From Candidatus Krumholzibacteriia bacterium (lineage in GTDB: Bacteria; Krumholzibacteriota; Krumholzibacteriia; JAJRXK01), in contig JBGPIA010000004.1 in NCBI GenBank assembly GCA_041484665.1, positions 96,001-160,000 on the forward strand: a stretch of DNA of 64,000 nucleotides. The letters are read 5' to 3'. Position 1 is the first letter of the stretch. Every line of letters starts with the position of its first letter. Below the pieces are notes generated by a model, which saw only the letters and a list, made by a program, of their open reading frames with translations, did not search any database and was not told where the DNA came from. Shown in pieces: positions 48,258 to 58,237 of this stretch. The position numbers were made by a program, and so were the translations under genes.

Positions 48258-50732
48258 TCAGCCGGATACGGGCTGCATAGCCCAGCCCTGCGCGGTGCGG
48301 CTCGGGCCGGCCTTCTCCAGAGCGTCCAGCACGATGTCCTTCGTGATGAGCTCGGGGAGCACGATTGGCTCCTCGAGCCGTCCCGCGGGAAAAACCGCGT
48401 AGAACGGCACGCCGCCGCGGCCGAAGCGGCGCAGCACCTGGGTGATGACCGGGTCGCGGTTGGTCCAGTCGCCCTTCATGGTCAGCACCTGCAGGTCCTT
48501 CAGGCGCGTGCCCACGGCGGCGTCGGCCAGGACCGTGCGCTCGTTGACCTTGCAGGTCCAGCACCACTGGGCCGTGAAGTCGATGAACACGGTGCGGCCC
48601 CCGCGCACGGACTGCTCCAGCATCGCCAGGTCGAACGGGACCCAGGTCAGGCCGTTCTTGCCCTGCTGCGGGCTGGATGGCGCTGGCGACGAACCGGCGT
48701 TCGCAGCCACCGCCTCGGCGCGCAGCGGCTCGCGCAGAAACGCCCACCACGCGCCGGCCACGATGACGATCATGGCGCCCCACACCACCAGCCGCCGGCC
48801 GCTGCCGCTGCTGAGGGTGAGCAGGCTGCCGTACAGCCACAGGGCCAGCCCGACCGCCAGCAGGAACGCCAACGTCCAGACCACCGCGTTCAACCCGCGC
48901 TGGTTCCCCAGCACCCACAGCAGCCACACCAAAGTCGCCATCAGCAGGAAGCCCATGGCCTGCTTGAACCGGTCCATCCACGGACCCGGCTTGGGCACTA
49001 CGCGCAGCCAGGCGGGGTTGAGCGACAGCACCACGTAGGGCAGGGCCAACCCGGCGCCGATCGCGAGGAAGATGGCCAGGATCGCCCAGGCTGGCTGGGT
49101 GAAGGCGAAGCCGAGCGCTGTGCCCAGGAACGGCGCCGTGCACGGCGTGGCCAGCGCGGTGGCGAGCAACCCGCTTACGAACGACTCGGCACCGGCGCTG
49201 CCCTTGCCGGCCGCGCCGATCTGGACCGGAAGGATGACCTCGTACACGCCGAACAGACTGAGGCCGAAGGCGAACACCACCGCCGCCATCACCACGACGA
49301 AGACCGGGTTCTGGAACTGGAAGCCCCACCCCAGTTGCTCGCCCGCCGCCTGCAGCGCGATCACGGCGATCGCCAGCGCCGCGAAGGACGCCAGCACCCC
49401 GGCGCTGAAGAAGAGCGAGAGGCGCAGCACCGTGCGTCGGTCCTCGCCCGCGTGCTGCACGAAGCCCAGCACCTTCAGCGACAGCACCGGCAGGACGCAG
49501 GGCATGACGTTGAGGATCAGCCCGCCCACGAGGGCGAGCAGCACGTAGTAGGCGAGCGGCCGATGCGTCGACGTGCGCGCGGGTTGCCCTGCGGGCGGCG
49601 GCCCGAGCAGGCCGCCGGCAGCGGCGGGCGCCGCGGGTGCGCCCCCTGCCGCGCCGTCCCCAGCAAGGGCCGAAGCCTCGCCGACCAGCACACGACCGAA
49701 CAGATCGGTCGCCACCGCGCGCACCGCCTCCTGGGGGCCCGCCACGGGGATGGGCACATCGATGTCGGCGAACACGGGATCCGCCTGCGGTATCTCGAGC
49801 TGCAGCACCCCGCGCAGGTGCACCGTCTCGCCCGCGGGCGCGTTCTGCGCCACTTGCAGCGGGACCACGACTACGAGCTCGGGGCCGGTCGCGCCCGCCC
49901 CCGCCAACACGCGATGGACCGCCGCGCCGACCTGCAGCACCTCCAGATACTCGGGAAACCACGTGATCCGCGCGGAGTCCGCCGTGGCCAGCCCCCGCAC
50001 GCGCAGGGCAGCGTGGGCCGACTGGCCCGGCGGCACCGCGCTCAGGCTGAGCACCTGCTCCGCCGAGAGCCCCGGCCACTGGTCGGCCGGCCGGGGCAGG
50101 CGCGCGCGCGCCTGGGCCAGCAGCAGAGCGTCGCGCTGCGGCGTGGCGGCGGGCTTGGCTGTGACCGGCAGCTGCAAGGAGATCTCTGCGTTGCCCGGGA
50201 TGCAAAGGTCCTTGCACATGAGCCAGGAGACCTTCGCGCGCACCGTCAGGCGGTCTCCCTCGCGCAGGCCCGGCGGCGGCGCGAAGGACGCCAGCAGAAC
50301 CACATCGTCGGTGTAGCCGTAGGTGACGAGGTCGCCGGCCTCTTCGTAGCGGTGCGGCGCGGGCCAGCGCAGCTCGCCCGCGCTCGCGCCGGCGGGGAGC
50401 TCCCACGTCACCTGCGTGGGCAGCCCTGCGTCGCCTCCGTTCTTCCAGTAGGTGTGCCACGCGGGGTCCATGTGCAGATGGACGCCAAGCGTGACCGCCT
50501 GCCCGGCGCCCGAACTCGGCGCACCCGGGGCGACTGGGCCCGTGGGAAAGAGCGATGGCGGGTCGGCGAGCAGGCGCGCCGTGACCGGGCTGGGCTTGGC
50601 GGACGGGCGGACCGGCGGATCCGCTGCGGCGGCGACGGACCCGCGCAATGCCAGCAGTACCGCCAATGACCAGGCCGGCGGCCCGGCGGCCGGCGCCAGC
50701 CATGGAAACCGGTTGCGGGGGTGTCGCTTCAT
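48258..50732 (-). CDS. dsbD: DsbD-family thiol:disulfide interchange protein (N-terminal Ig-like domain, TM domain, thioredoxin)
   Basis: WHTYWKN.GDAG, CKDLCIP, LNVMPCVLPV, ATPCTAPFLG, PKPGPWM, FTAQWCWTCK. Confidence 0.92.
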   Translation of the reverse strand: MKRHPRNRFPWLAPAAGPPAWSLAVLLALRGSVAAAADPPVRPSAKPSPVTARLLADPPSLFPTGPVAPGAPSSGAGQAVTLGVHLHMDPAWHTYWKNGGDAGLPTQVTWELPAGASAGELRWPAPHRYEEAGDLVTYGYTDDVVLLASFAPPPGLREGDRLTVRAKVSWLMCKDLCIPGNAEISLQLPVTAKPAATPQRDALLLAQARARLPRPADQWPGLSAEQVLSLSAVPPGQSAHAALRVRGLATADSARITWFPEYLEVLQVGAAVHRVLAGAGATGPELVVVVPLQVAQNAPAGETVHLRGVLQLEIPQADPVFADIDVPIPVAGPQEAVRAVATDLFGRVLVGEASALAGDGAAGGAPAAPAAAGGLLGPPPAGQPARTSTHRPLAYYVLLALVGGLILNVMPCVLPVLSLKVLGFVQHAGEDRRTVLRLSLFFSAGVLASFAALAIAVIALQAAGEQLGWGFQFQNPVFVVVMAAVVFAFGLSLFGVYEVILPVQIGAAGKGSAGAESFVSGLLATALATPCTAPFLGTALGFAFTQPAWAILAIFLAIGAGLALPYVVLSLNPAWLRVVPKPGPWMDRFKQAMGFLLMATLVWLLWVLGNQRGLNAVVWTLAFLLAVGLALWLYGSLLTLSSGSGRRLVVWGAMIVIVAGAWWAFLREPLRAEAVAANAGSSPAPSSPQQGKNGLTWVPFDLAMLEQSVRGGRTVFIDFTAQWCWTCKVNERTVLADAAVGTRLKDLQVLTMKGDWTNRDPVITQVLRRFGRGGVPFYAVFPAGRLEEPIVLPELITKDIVLDALEKAGPSRTAQGWAMQPVSG

Positions 50733-50866
50733 GCTGAGGGCCGCGCGCGGGGGGGATCAGGGAACAGTATCCTGCGGGGAGCCTGCCGTTGCCAGTGCGG
50801 TCGGGTCAAGTTGTTGTCAATCACGGGTCTGGGACGGCACCGGGGTCGCGGCCGCGGCGGCGCGCG

Positions 50867-51667
50867 CTACTTCTTGCGCCGGCGCCCACTGTCGTCGTGC
50901 AACTCGGCGACGACGTACGTCCCGCTGCGCTGGTCCTCGCGCAGGGTGATGAACCCGTTCTCCTCCGCGTCCTCCAGCAGATCGCTGAAGCTGCGGTAGC
51001 CGTAGGCACCCTCGTTGAACGACGAGCGCTTGCGCTTCATCGTGTCCTTGACCATCGAGGAGTAGAGCACCTCGTAGTTCTCGCGCTGGAGCGCGCGGAT
51101 GGCGCCGATCAGCAGCTGGAACGCCTCGCGCTTCTCCTTGGGGACATCCTTGCCCGTGCCGGCGGGAGCCTCCTGCTCCTGGGTGCGTCCCAGGTCCTCG
51201 TAGTAGATGAACTCGTCGCAGTTGTCGGCCAAGAGCGGCGAGGTGGAATCCTTCATCCCCAGCCCGATCACGTGCTTGCCGTTCTCCTTGAGCTTGGAGA
51301 CCAGCGGGCTGAAGTCGCTGTCGCCCGAGATGATCACGAACGTGTCGACGTGCTCCTTGCTGAAACACAGGTCCATGGCGTCGACGCACAGGCGGATGTC
51401 CGCGGAGTTCTTCCCGGTCATCGTGCGCTTGGGGATCTCGATCAGCTCGATGCCGGACTCGTGCAGAGCCTGCGTGAACTTGCGGAAGCGACTCCAATCG
51501 GCATAGGCGACCTTGGCGATCACTTTGCCCTTCTCCAACAGGCGATCCAGGATCCGCCGGATGTCGAACTCATCGCCCTTGCGGTTGCCGAAGCCCAGCG
51601 CCAGGTTCTCGAAGTCGATGAAGACCGCAAGATTGCGCTGGACGGTCGCGGCGGCTTCCCTGGGCAT
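50867..51667 (-). CDS. NYN (LabA/DUF88) domain protein with C-terminal OST-HTH/LOTUS
   Basis: AVFIDFEN, AYADW, GKNSADIRL.VDAM, SGDSDFSPL, CDEFIYY; FNE..YGYRSFSDLLE. Confidence 0.93.
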   Translation of the reverse strand: MPREAAATVQRNLAVFIDFENLALGFGNRKGDEFDIRRILDRLLEKGKVIAKVAYADWSRFRKFTQALHESGIELIEIPKRTMTGKNSADIRLCVDAMDLCFSKEHVDTFVIISGDSDFSPLVSKLKENGKHVIGLGMKDSTSPLLADNCDEFIYYEDLGRTQEQEAPAGTGKDVPKEKREAFQLLIGAIRALQRENYEVLYSSMVKDTMKRKRSSFNEGAYGYRSFSDLLEDAEENGFITLREDQRSGTYVVAELHDDSGRRRKK

Positions 51668-51735
51668 GGGTCGGCTCCTGACGCAGAGTATTCGTGACGC
51701 CGGCGGGCGGGGTCCCCGCCGCGCGTACCAGCACT

Positions 51736-52734
51736 CTAGCGCGGGGGCTCCTCGCTGGCCAGCACGGCGCGCGGCGGATCCGCGGCGGCAGTCGCCGGCG
51801 CTGACGGGCGCGGCGGACGGGGCGGATGCGGCGGGCGGGCCGGACGGGCCGCGAGGGCGACGCCTCCGACCACCAGCAGCGTGCCCAGCAACATGCGCAG
51901 GGTCGTGCGCTCGTGCAGCACGAGCGCGCCCACGCCCACCGCGATCAGCGGGGTCAGGTACGCGATCAGCGACAGGCGGGTGGCGGTGACGTAGCGCAGC
52001 AGCCAATAGTAGAGGCTGAAGGTCACCGCCGAGCCGAACAGGGCCAGGTAGAGCACGATCCCCACGGACACGCGGTCGAGGGAGATCGAGCGGTGTCGCT
52101 CCAGCGCCCAGGCCAGGGCCGCCATGACTCCGGCTGCCATGCCCATGGGCACCGCCGAGAGCGACAGCGGGTGGACGTCCTTCCCCCAGCGCTTCACCGA
52201 CACCAGCGATACGGCCGACGCCAGCGGAGAGAGCAGCATCACCCCCGAGGCCCGCGCGACATGCGGACCGCCCAGCAGCGCGAAGTCCTCCGAGAAGATC
52301 ACGGCCACTCCGGTGAACCCAGCAAGCGCACCCGCGATCTGCCACCGCGCCAGGCGCTCCTCCTTGAGGGTGAAGTGGGCGAAGATGGCCACGAACAGCG
52401 GAAAGGTCGCGAAGAGCACTGCGGCGAGTCCCGACGGGACCCACTGCTCGCACCAGTAGACGATCGCGTAGGAGATCCCGAACGAGAAGAAGGCCAGCAC
52501 CAGCCAGAGCATCCGCTCCTGGCGTGTGCGGCCCAGGCGCACGCCCAGCACCCGGCCCGACACCAGCAGGATGGCCGACGCCAGCACGAAGCGCATGGCC
52601 AGCGCGGTGAACGGCGGGATCCCCAACAGCCCGACGCGAACGGCGGCGAACGTCGTTCCCCAGATGAGCACCAGCAGCGCGAAGGTGGCCAGGATCACCA
52701 GGCGCCCCGGAGCGTGCTGCGGCTGGGCGGACAT
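51736..52734 (-). CDS. EamA/DMT family transporter
   Basis: LIWGTTF, PPF...RF, VPSGLAAVL...PLF, two EamA repeats. Confidence 0.92.
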   Translation of the reverse strand: MSAQPQHAPGRLVILATFALLVLIWGTTFAAVRVGLLGIPPFTALAMRFVLASAILLVSGRVLGVRLGRTRQERMLWLVLAFFSFGISYAIVYWCEQWVPSGLAAVLFATFPLFVAIFAHFTLKEERLARWQIAGALAGFTGVAVIFSEDFALLGGPHVARASGVMLLSPLASAVSLVSVKRWGKDVHPLSLSAVPMGMAAGVMAALAWALERHRSISLDRVSVGIVLYLALFGSAVTFSLYYWLLRYVTATRLSLIAYLTPLIAVGVGALVLHERTTLRMLLGTLLVVGGVALAARPARPPHPPRPPRPSAPATAAADPPRAVLASEEPPR

Positions 52735-52921
52735 GCGCGCCAATATAGGGCAGCGCGGCGCGGGGGCCAGGGGCGCGCGGCGCAACTCGCGGCGCCGACA
52801 ACTCGCGGCGCGGACCTTTCGGCCTCCCGACGAGCGTGGTACACTTGAAGTGCGATCTCTGCCACACTCGGCCTCCCTCGCGATCGCCCCTCTCCCCTTG
52901 GACACGACCCCTGGAGCCGAC

Positions 52922-55732
52922 ATGTCCGCTCAGCTCGAGCTTCTGCCCGGGACGTCGCGGGCGCTTGCCCTCGCTCGGCGCGCGCGCCACGCAGTCCGCA
53001 CGGCCATGCGGCTGCTCTGCGCGCTGAGCGCGCTGCTGCCGGCCGTGGCCGCGGCGCAGTCCGTCGCGGACGTGGACGACAACCCCGTCCCGCTGCACCG
53101 GCGCGAGGAGGCCGCGCTCAAGGGCGCCGCACTGAGCCGCATGCGCGCCCTGCGCAAGGACGGCGGGCGGTCGGGCGTAATGCCCGCCGCCGTCAGCCCC
53201 AACCAGGCGAGCTACGACGTCACCTGGTACAAACTGGTCCTCGATCTGGATCCCAGCACCCAGATCGTCGCGGGAACGGTCACGATGAGGGCGCGGGTGG
53301 TCAGCGGCCCGCTCAGCGCGGTCGAGCTGGACCTCGACTTGACCATGGCGGTCTCGGCAGCACGAGCGGCCGGCTTGCCCGCCGTCTTCAGCCATCCCGG
53401 CGCGGTGCTCACCGTCAACCTCGACCGCGCCTACGCCACCGGCGAGGCGTTCACGATCGATGTGGACTACGCCGGTACGCCCAATCCGGTCTACGGGTCG
53501 TTCGGCTTCGACACACGCCTCAGCCAGCCTCTGATCTGGAGCTTGAGCGAGCCGTTCGGGGCGCGCGCGTGGTGGCCGTGCAAGGACGATCCATCCGACA
53601 AAGCCGACTCGGTCCGCGTGGTGGCGACCGTCCCGAGCAACCTGATCGTCGCCAGCAACGGCGTGCTGACCGGCACCACGCTGGCCGGCGTCAAGAAGAC
53701 CTACAGCTGGAACCACCGCTACCCGATCGCGGCCTACCTGGTCTCGGTGACGGCCCACCCCTTCACCGTACAGACGGTCAACTACGCGCCGCTGGCGGGG
53801 GGCTCCATGCCGGTGACGGTCTGGAGCTACCCGGACCAGGCCGCCTCGGCCTTCGCGCTGGCGAATACAACCGTGCAGATCCTCGGCGTCTACGCCGCGC
53901 GCTTCGGCGAGTACCCTTTCACCACGGAGAAATACGGCCAGGCCCAATTTCCGTGGGGCGGCGGTATGGAGCACCAGACCTGCACGAGCCTCTGCTGCTG
54001 GGATGCGAACCTGATCTCCCACGAGCTGGGGCACCAGTGGTTCGGCGACGCCGTCACCTGCCGCAGCTTCTCCGACATCTGGCTCAACGAGGGGTTCGCC
54101 ACCTACTGCGAGGCGCTGTGGGACGAGTCCCAGGGCGGCACCGCAGCCTACTGGGCCAATATCCTCGCCGACCGCTACTACGGTAGCGGCACCATCTGGG
54201 TGCCCCCCGCGGATCTGGGGAACTTCAACCGCATCTTCGACGGCAATCTCAGCTACAACAAGGGTGCGTGGGTCCTGCACATGCTGCGCGGCATCGTCGG
54301 TGACACGACGTTCTTCAACATCCTGCGGACCTACGAAGCCAGTCCGACGCTGCGGTACGGCACGGCAACCACGGCCGATCTCCAGGCCGTGGCCGAAACG
54401 GTGAGCGGCCTCGACCTCAGCGACTTTTTCCACGACTGGATCTACGTCCCGTACTGCCCCACGTATTCGCACACGTGGTCGGCGACGCCCAACGGCGGGA
54501 GCTGGAACCTCACGCTGACCATCGAGCAGCTCCAGAGCCAGGAGCTCTACACCATGCCCATCCGGGTGCGGGTCACGACGTTGGCCGGCATCGAGGAGTT
54601 CGTGGTGCAGAACAGCCTCGCATCACAGACCTACGCGCTGACGACGGCAGCGCAGCCGCTTATCGTGGATCTGGACCCCGACCAGTGGATCCTACGCACG
54701 ATCGAGAATCCGATCGGCACTCCGACCTTCCACCGCGGCGTGCTGGTGGTGAACGGCGTGAGCTGGAGCAGCTACGGGGCCGAGATCACCACCGCCTTTC
54801 AGGACAGCGCGTTCAGCGGGCGTTCCCCGTTCAGCTTCTGGGACTGCTTCCCGCCGCCCGCGGGAGGCTACGTGGCGCAAGTGCCCGCACCGCTGGGCAA
54901 CGGCGCGCTGCCGGCCAGCGTGCTGGGGCAGTTCTCCACGGTGATCTGGGTGGGCAACAACTTCGGGGTCGACCTGGACGTGTGGACCAACGCGGCGATC
55001 CTGTCGTACCTGAAGGTGGGCGGAAACGTGCTGCTGTTGGGGCGGCAGGGTCAGGACTTCCTCACGCCGGCTCGCGCGAGCTACCCCGGGATCCGGTGGG
55101 CCGAAAGTCCGACCAACACGATCCAGTCGGCCACGGCGGCCCACCCGGCAATGGTGACCATGTCCCCGCTCGGCCCTCAGACCCTGGTGGCCGTGTTCGA
55201 GACCGGATTCGACCGCAGCGAGAGCACGCTGCTGTTCAGCGAGACGCAGAGCTTCGCCACCACGCGAGCCCTGGGCGTCTGGCGCCATCCGCTGGGTGGG
55301 GGGACGCAGCGGCACAGCGGCGGTCACTTCGCCCACATCGCCGGACGTCCGTACCGCTGGACGCACGCCAGCCTGCGCACGAACATCCAGGCAATCTTGC
55401 AGCAGCTCTTCCACGAGCCGGCCACGCCGACCGCTGCGCCGCCGGCGCTGGTGGGCGTGACGCGCTTGCAGCCGCCCGCGCCCAACCCGTTCAACCCGCG
55501 CGTGGAGGTGCGATTCAGCCTGGCGCGCGCGGGGCGGATGCGGCTTGCGGTCTACGATCTGCGCGGGCGCCTGGTGCGCACGCTGGTGGACGCCGTGCAG
55601 CCCGCCGGCGAGGACGCAGCGGTGTGGGATGGGCTGGATGACGGCGGCGCCGCAGTGGCCTCTGGCGTGTACACGCTGCGGATGGACGCCGCCGGCCAGA
55701 TGCTGCAGCAGAAGGCGACGCTCATCCGCTGA
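52922..55732 (+). CDS. Secreted M1 family aminopeptidase with FlgD-like CTD
   Basis: ARAWWPCKD.P.DKA, GGMEHQ, HELGHQWFG, WLNEGFATY, YNKGAWVLHMLR; CTD APNPFNP...VYDLRGRLVRTL...WDG.DD...SGVY. The start may be 53006. Confidence 0.92.
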   Translation: MSAQLELLPGTSRALALARRARHAVRTAMRLLCALSALLPAVAAAQSVADVDDNPVPLHRREEAALKGAALSRMRALRKDGGRSGVMPAAVSPNQASYDVTWYKLVLDLDPSTQIVAGTVTMRARVVSGPLSAVELDLDLTMAVSAARAAGLPAVFSHPGAVLTVNLDRAYATGEAFTIDVDYAGTPNPVYGSFGFDTRLSQPLIWSLSEPFGARAWWPCKDDPSDKADSVRVVATVPSNLIVASNGVLTGTTLAGVKKTYSWNHRYPIAAYLVSVTAHPFTVQTVNYAPLAGGSMPVTVWSYPDQAASAFALANTTVQILGVYAARFGEYPFTTEKYGQAQFPWGGGMEHQTCTSLCCWDANLISHELGHQWFGDAVTCRSFSDIWLNEGFATYCEALWDESQGGTAAYWANILADRYYGSGTIWVPPADLGNFNRIFDGNLSYNKGAWVLHMLRGIVGDTTFFNILRTYEASPTLRYGTATTADLQAVAETVSGLDLSDFFHDWIYVPYCPTYSHTWSATPNGGSWNLTLTIEQLQSQELYTMPIRVRVTTLAGIEEFVVQNSLASQTYALTTAAQPLIVDLDPDQWILRTIENPIGTPTFHRGVLVVNGVSWSSYGAEITTAFQDSAFSGRSPFSFWDCFPPPAGGYVAQVPAPLGNGALPASVLGQFSTVIWVGNNFGVDLDVWTNAAILSYLKVGGNVLLLGRQGQDFLTPARASYPGIRWAESPTNTIQSATAAHPAMVTMSPLGPQTLVAVFETGFDRSESTLLFSETQSFATTRALGVWRHPLGGGTQRHSGGHFAHIAGRPYRWTHASLRTNIQAILQQLFHEPATPTAAPPALVGVTRLQPPAPNPFNPRVEVRFSLARAGRMRLAVYDLRGRLVRTLVDAVQPAGEDAAVWDGLDDGGAAVASGVYTLRMDAAGQMLQQKATLIR

Positions 55733-55820
55733 TCCGCCGGAGAGAGAGGCCTGCGAGCCGCTCCGCCCGCCCCGGCGCCCGCCGGCCAGGGCCGCGGGCG
55801 GAAGAGCGTGTCCGCATACG

Positions 55821-57137
55821 CTACGTCCGCGCTTCCTCCGGGGGCTTGACGCGGCGAAACGCTGCGTACAGCAGCACGTCGTAGGTTACCTTCATCCCCG
55901 CGCCGAGCATCAGAGGCGCTCCCAGCGACAGTCCCTGCATGAGCGAGCCCGCGAACGCGGGCGCCACGGCCCACGCGCCCATGCGCACCAGGTGCGTGAC
56001 GCCCGAAGCAAGCACGCGCTCCTGCGGTCGCACGACGGCCATCACGTAGGATTGGCGGGTGGGGACGTCCATCTCGACCAGCCCCTCGCGCAGCAGGAAC
56101 AGCCCTGCCGCCACCGGGAAGCTCGGCGCGATCGCCACGGTGAGCAAGAGGATGCTGGATGGGATGTGCGTGAAGACCATCGTGTTCACCAACCCGATGC
56201 GCCGCGCCAGCCAGGCCGCGCCCAGGTGCGACAGGGCATTCAGAACGCGGGCGCCGAAGAACAGTACGCCGATGCGTGCCTCGCTCACGCCGAAGCGCTG
56301 GTAGAAGTAGTACGACAGCAGTGCCGCCGTGAGGAAGCCCCCGCCCAGGCTGTCGAGCGCGAACAGCGCGCTGATGCGCACGAGGATCCGGCGTGAGGCG
56401 GGCGCCAGCGGCTCGCGCCGCGCGCCCGTTCTGCGGTCCTGCGCGGGGTTATCCTCCACGGAGTCGTCGCCCCCACCATCCTCCCCACCACCCCCCGCGT
56501 TGGCGTGCTCCAAGAGGTCCAGCGAGCCGCCGCGGCGTGCGGGCGCGGTGGGCTCGACCGCCGTAGAGAGCCTCGCGTACAGCGGCACGGGCAGCAGCAA
56601 GAGCAGCGCGTAGACGGCCACGCTGGCGCGGAAACCAGCCAGCTCGCTAAGGCCAGCGGCCCGCTGGAGCAACAGCGGCAGCCCGGCGCCCAGGCTGCCC
56701 AGCGCGTGGCCGGCGTCCTGCACCACGTTGTACCAGGCGAAAGTGCGCGTGCGGTGGGCGTCGTCGGTCGTGGCCGGCAGCACGGCCTGCTCCAGCACGA
56801 GCGCCGCGCCACGGTCGCGCCCCATGCCGTTGACCATCCCGGCGAAGGCCGCCAGGGCGAGCGCCATGGGCTGCGACAGCACTGCGCACGCTGCCCCGCC
56901 GGCCGCGCCCAGCACCGCGAGACCGCTCAGGAACCGGCGGCGGCCCATGCGGTCGGCGCGCAGCATCGCCAGCAGGCTCGCGGACGCGGCGCCAGCCAAC
57001 CCCGCCGTGACGACCCACCCGATTTGCGCGGCCGGCAACCGCAGCTTCGCCAGATACACGCCCAGCAGGACGCCCACCATGGCGGTGGCCAGCGCACGCA
57101 GGAAGGCGCACGTGTACAACCTCCCGCGGTCATCCAC
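55821..57137 (-). CDS. MFS transporter
   Basis: ADRMGRRR motif A; about 12 TM segments; MDVPTRQSY; acidic Gly-rich central loop. Confidence 0.9.
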   Translation of the reverse strand: MDDRGRLYTCAFLRALATAMVGVLLGVYLAKLRLPAAQIGWVVTAGLAGAASASLLAMLRADRMGRRRFLSGLAVLGAAGGAACAVLSQPMALALAAFAGMVNGMGRDRGAALVLEQAVLPATTDDAHRTRTFAWYNVVQDAGHALGSLGAGLPLLLQRAAGLSELAGFRASVAVYALLLLLPVPLYARLSTAVEPTAPARRGGSLDLLEHANAGGGGEDGGGDDSVEDNPAQDRRTGARREPLAPASRRILVRISALFALDSLGGGFLTAALLSYYFYQRFGVSEARIGVLFFGARVLNALSHLGAAWLARRIGLVNTMVFTHIPSSILLLTVAIAPSFPVAAGLFLLREGLVEMDVPTRQSYVMAVVRPQERVLASGVTHLVRMGAWAVAPAFAGSLMQGLSLGAPLMLGAGMKVTYDVLLYAAFRRVKPPEEART

Positions 57138-57224
57138 GGGGACCGGCCCTGCGGTCGAGATCGTCGAGCCGCACGCGTAAGGAGGATGGTGTAGGGTGCG
57201 CTTCGCACCCTCGCACGCCCATCG

Positions 57225-58139
57225 TCAGTGCATCCCGCTCTGCGCGCGCCCCGTCTGGTCGAGGGCCGCGCGAAGCCCCTTGGCCAGCGCATCAGTCGGC
57301 CCCACTCCCCAATAGTGGAGAAAGAGCACGCGCGGCTCCTCGCCGGTCATGTGCTGGTGGATGGCCACCACGTCGATCCCGGCCCCGCGCAACGCCCGCA
57401 GCACCCCTTGCAGCTCGGTTTCGAGCATGGCCACATCGCCGTCGACCACCGCGCGGTCGTCGGTGCCGGCGAATGCTGCCCAGGTGTTCACGCCCATGGC
57501 GCCGCCGATCGGGTGACCGTGCATCCGGGCCAGGCGCCCGAGAACGACCTTGAGCACGCCGTCCTTGAAGGTCCCCTTGGCGCCGAGGATGGCTGCGATG
57601 CGGCCGGGGTCGAGGGTGGACTGCGCGGGATCGACGTCCGCCCGTGGTACCTCGCCCCTGCCGCCGCTGGTTTCTTTGATCTTCGCGAACACCTGGCCAA
57701 CCGCGCCAGCAAGCTGCGCTTGGTCCCCCATGCCGGCGATGTGCATGAACATGACCCTGGGCGTATCCCACAAGAAATGGTTGTGGAGCGCCGTCACGTC
57801 CAGGCCGTTGTCGAGCGCAGCGCTCATGACCGGGTTGACCTGATCCTCGAGCAGCACCAGGTCGCCCATGACCATGGTCTGCTCACCCGCCCGCTGGAAC
57901 GCGGCCCAGCACGTGAGGCCCATCGGTGGAGTCATGCGCACGCCGGCTACGCTCACCGCCAGATCGCCGCGCGGGAGCGAGACCTTGAACACGCCCTCGC
58001 TCTCGTCGAGCTGGCCCTTGGCGGCGGTGAGCTGCTCGATTCGCGCCGCGTCGAGTCCTGCAGCCGAGCCGGTGGACGGGACCTGCGCGTGCGCCGCTGG
58101 CGCCAGCACGCAACACAAAACGATGATCGCGCTCCTCAT
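57225..58139 (-). CDS. DUF1259 (LppY/LpqO-like) secreted protein, two repeats
   Basis: Signal peptide; WAAF...GDLVLLEDQVNPV...TALHNH...FMH, repeated as WAAF...GDVAM...AIHQH...FLHYWG. Confidence 0.85.
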   Translation of the reverse strand: MRSAIIVLCCVLAPAAHAQVPSTGSAAGLDAARIEQLTAAKGQLDESEGVFKVSLPRGDLAVSVAGVRMTPPMGLTCWAAFQRAGEQTMVMGDLVLLEDQVNPVMSAALDNGLDVTALHNHFLWDTPRVMFMHIAGMGDQAQLAGAVGQVFAKIKETSGGRGEVPRADVDPAQSTLDPGRIAAILGAKGTFKDGVLKVVLGRLARMHGHPIGGAMGVNTWAAFAGTDDRAVVDGDVAMLETELQGVLRALRGAGIDVVAIHQHMTGEEPRVLFLHYWGVGPTDALAKGLRAALDQTGRAQSGMH

Positions 58140-58237
58140 CAGGACTCCTCGTGTGGGGTATGCTGCATTGCACTGCCCGGCATGCCACATCCGCGGCACG
58201 CGGGCGGAGCCGCGTGGCCGCGCCGTCTGCAGCGACC

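Noticed and set aside
50867..51667. NYN protein as a toxin or anti-phage component
   Set aside because: It is a common LabA/DUF88-LOTUS housekeeping type with no antitoxin or defence neighbours.
50867..54472. 1201-aa ORF suggesting a giant NYN fusion
   Set aside because: Only the last ~266 aa are NYN/LOTUS; the remainder overlaps the EamA gene out of frame and the M1 gene antisense.
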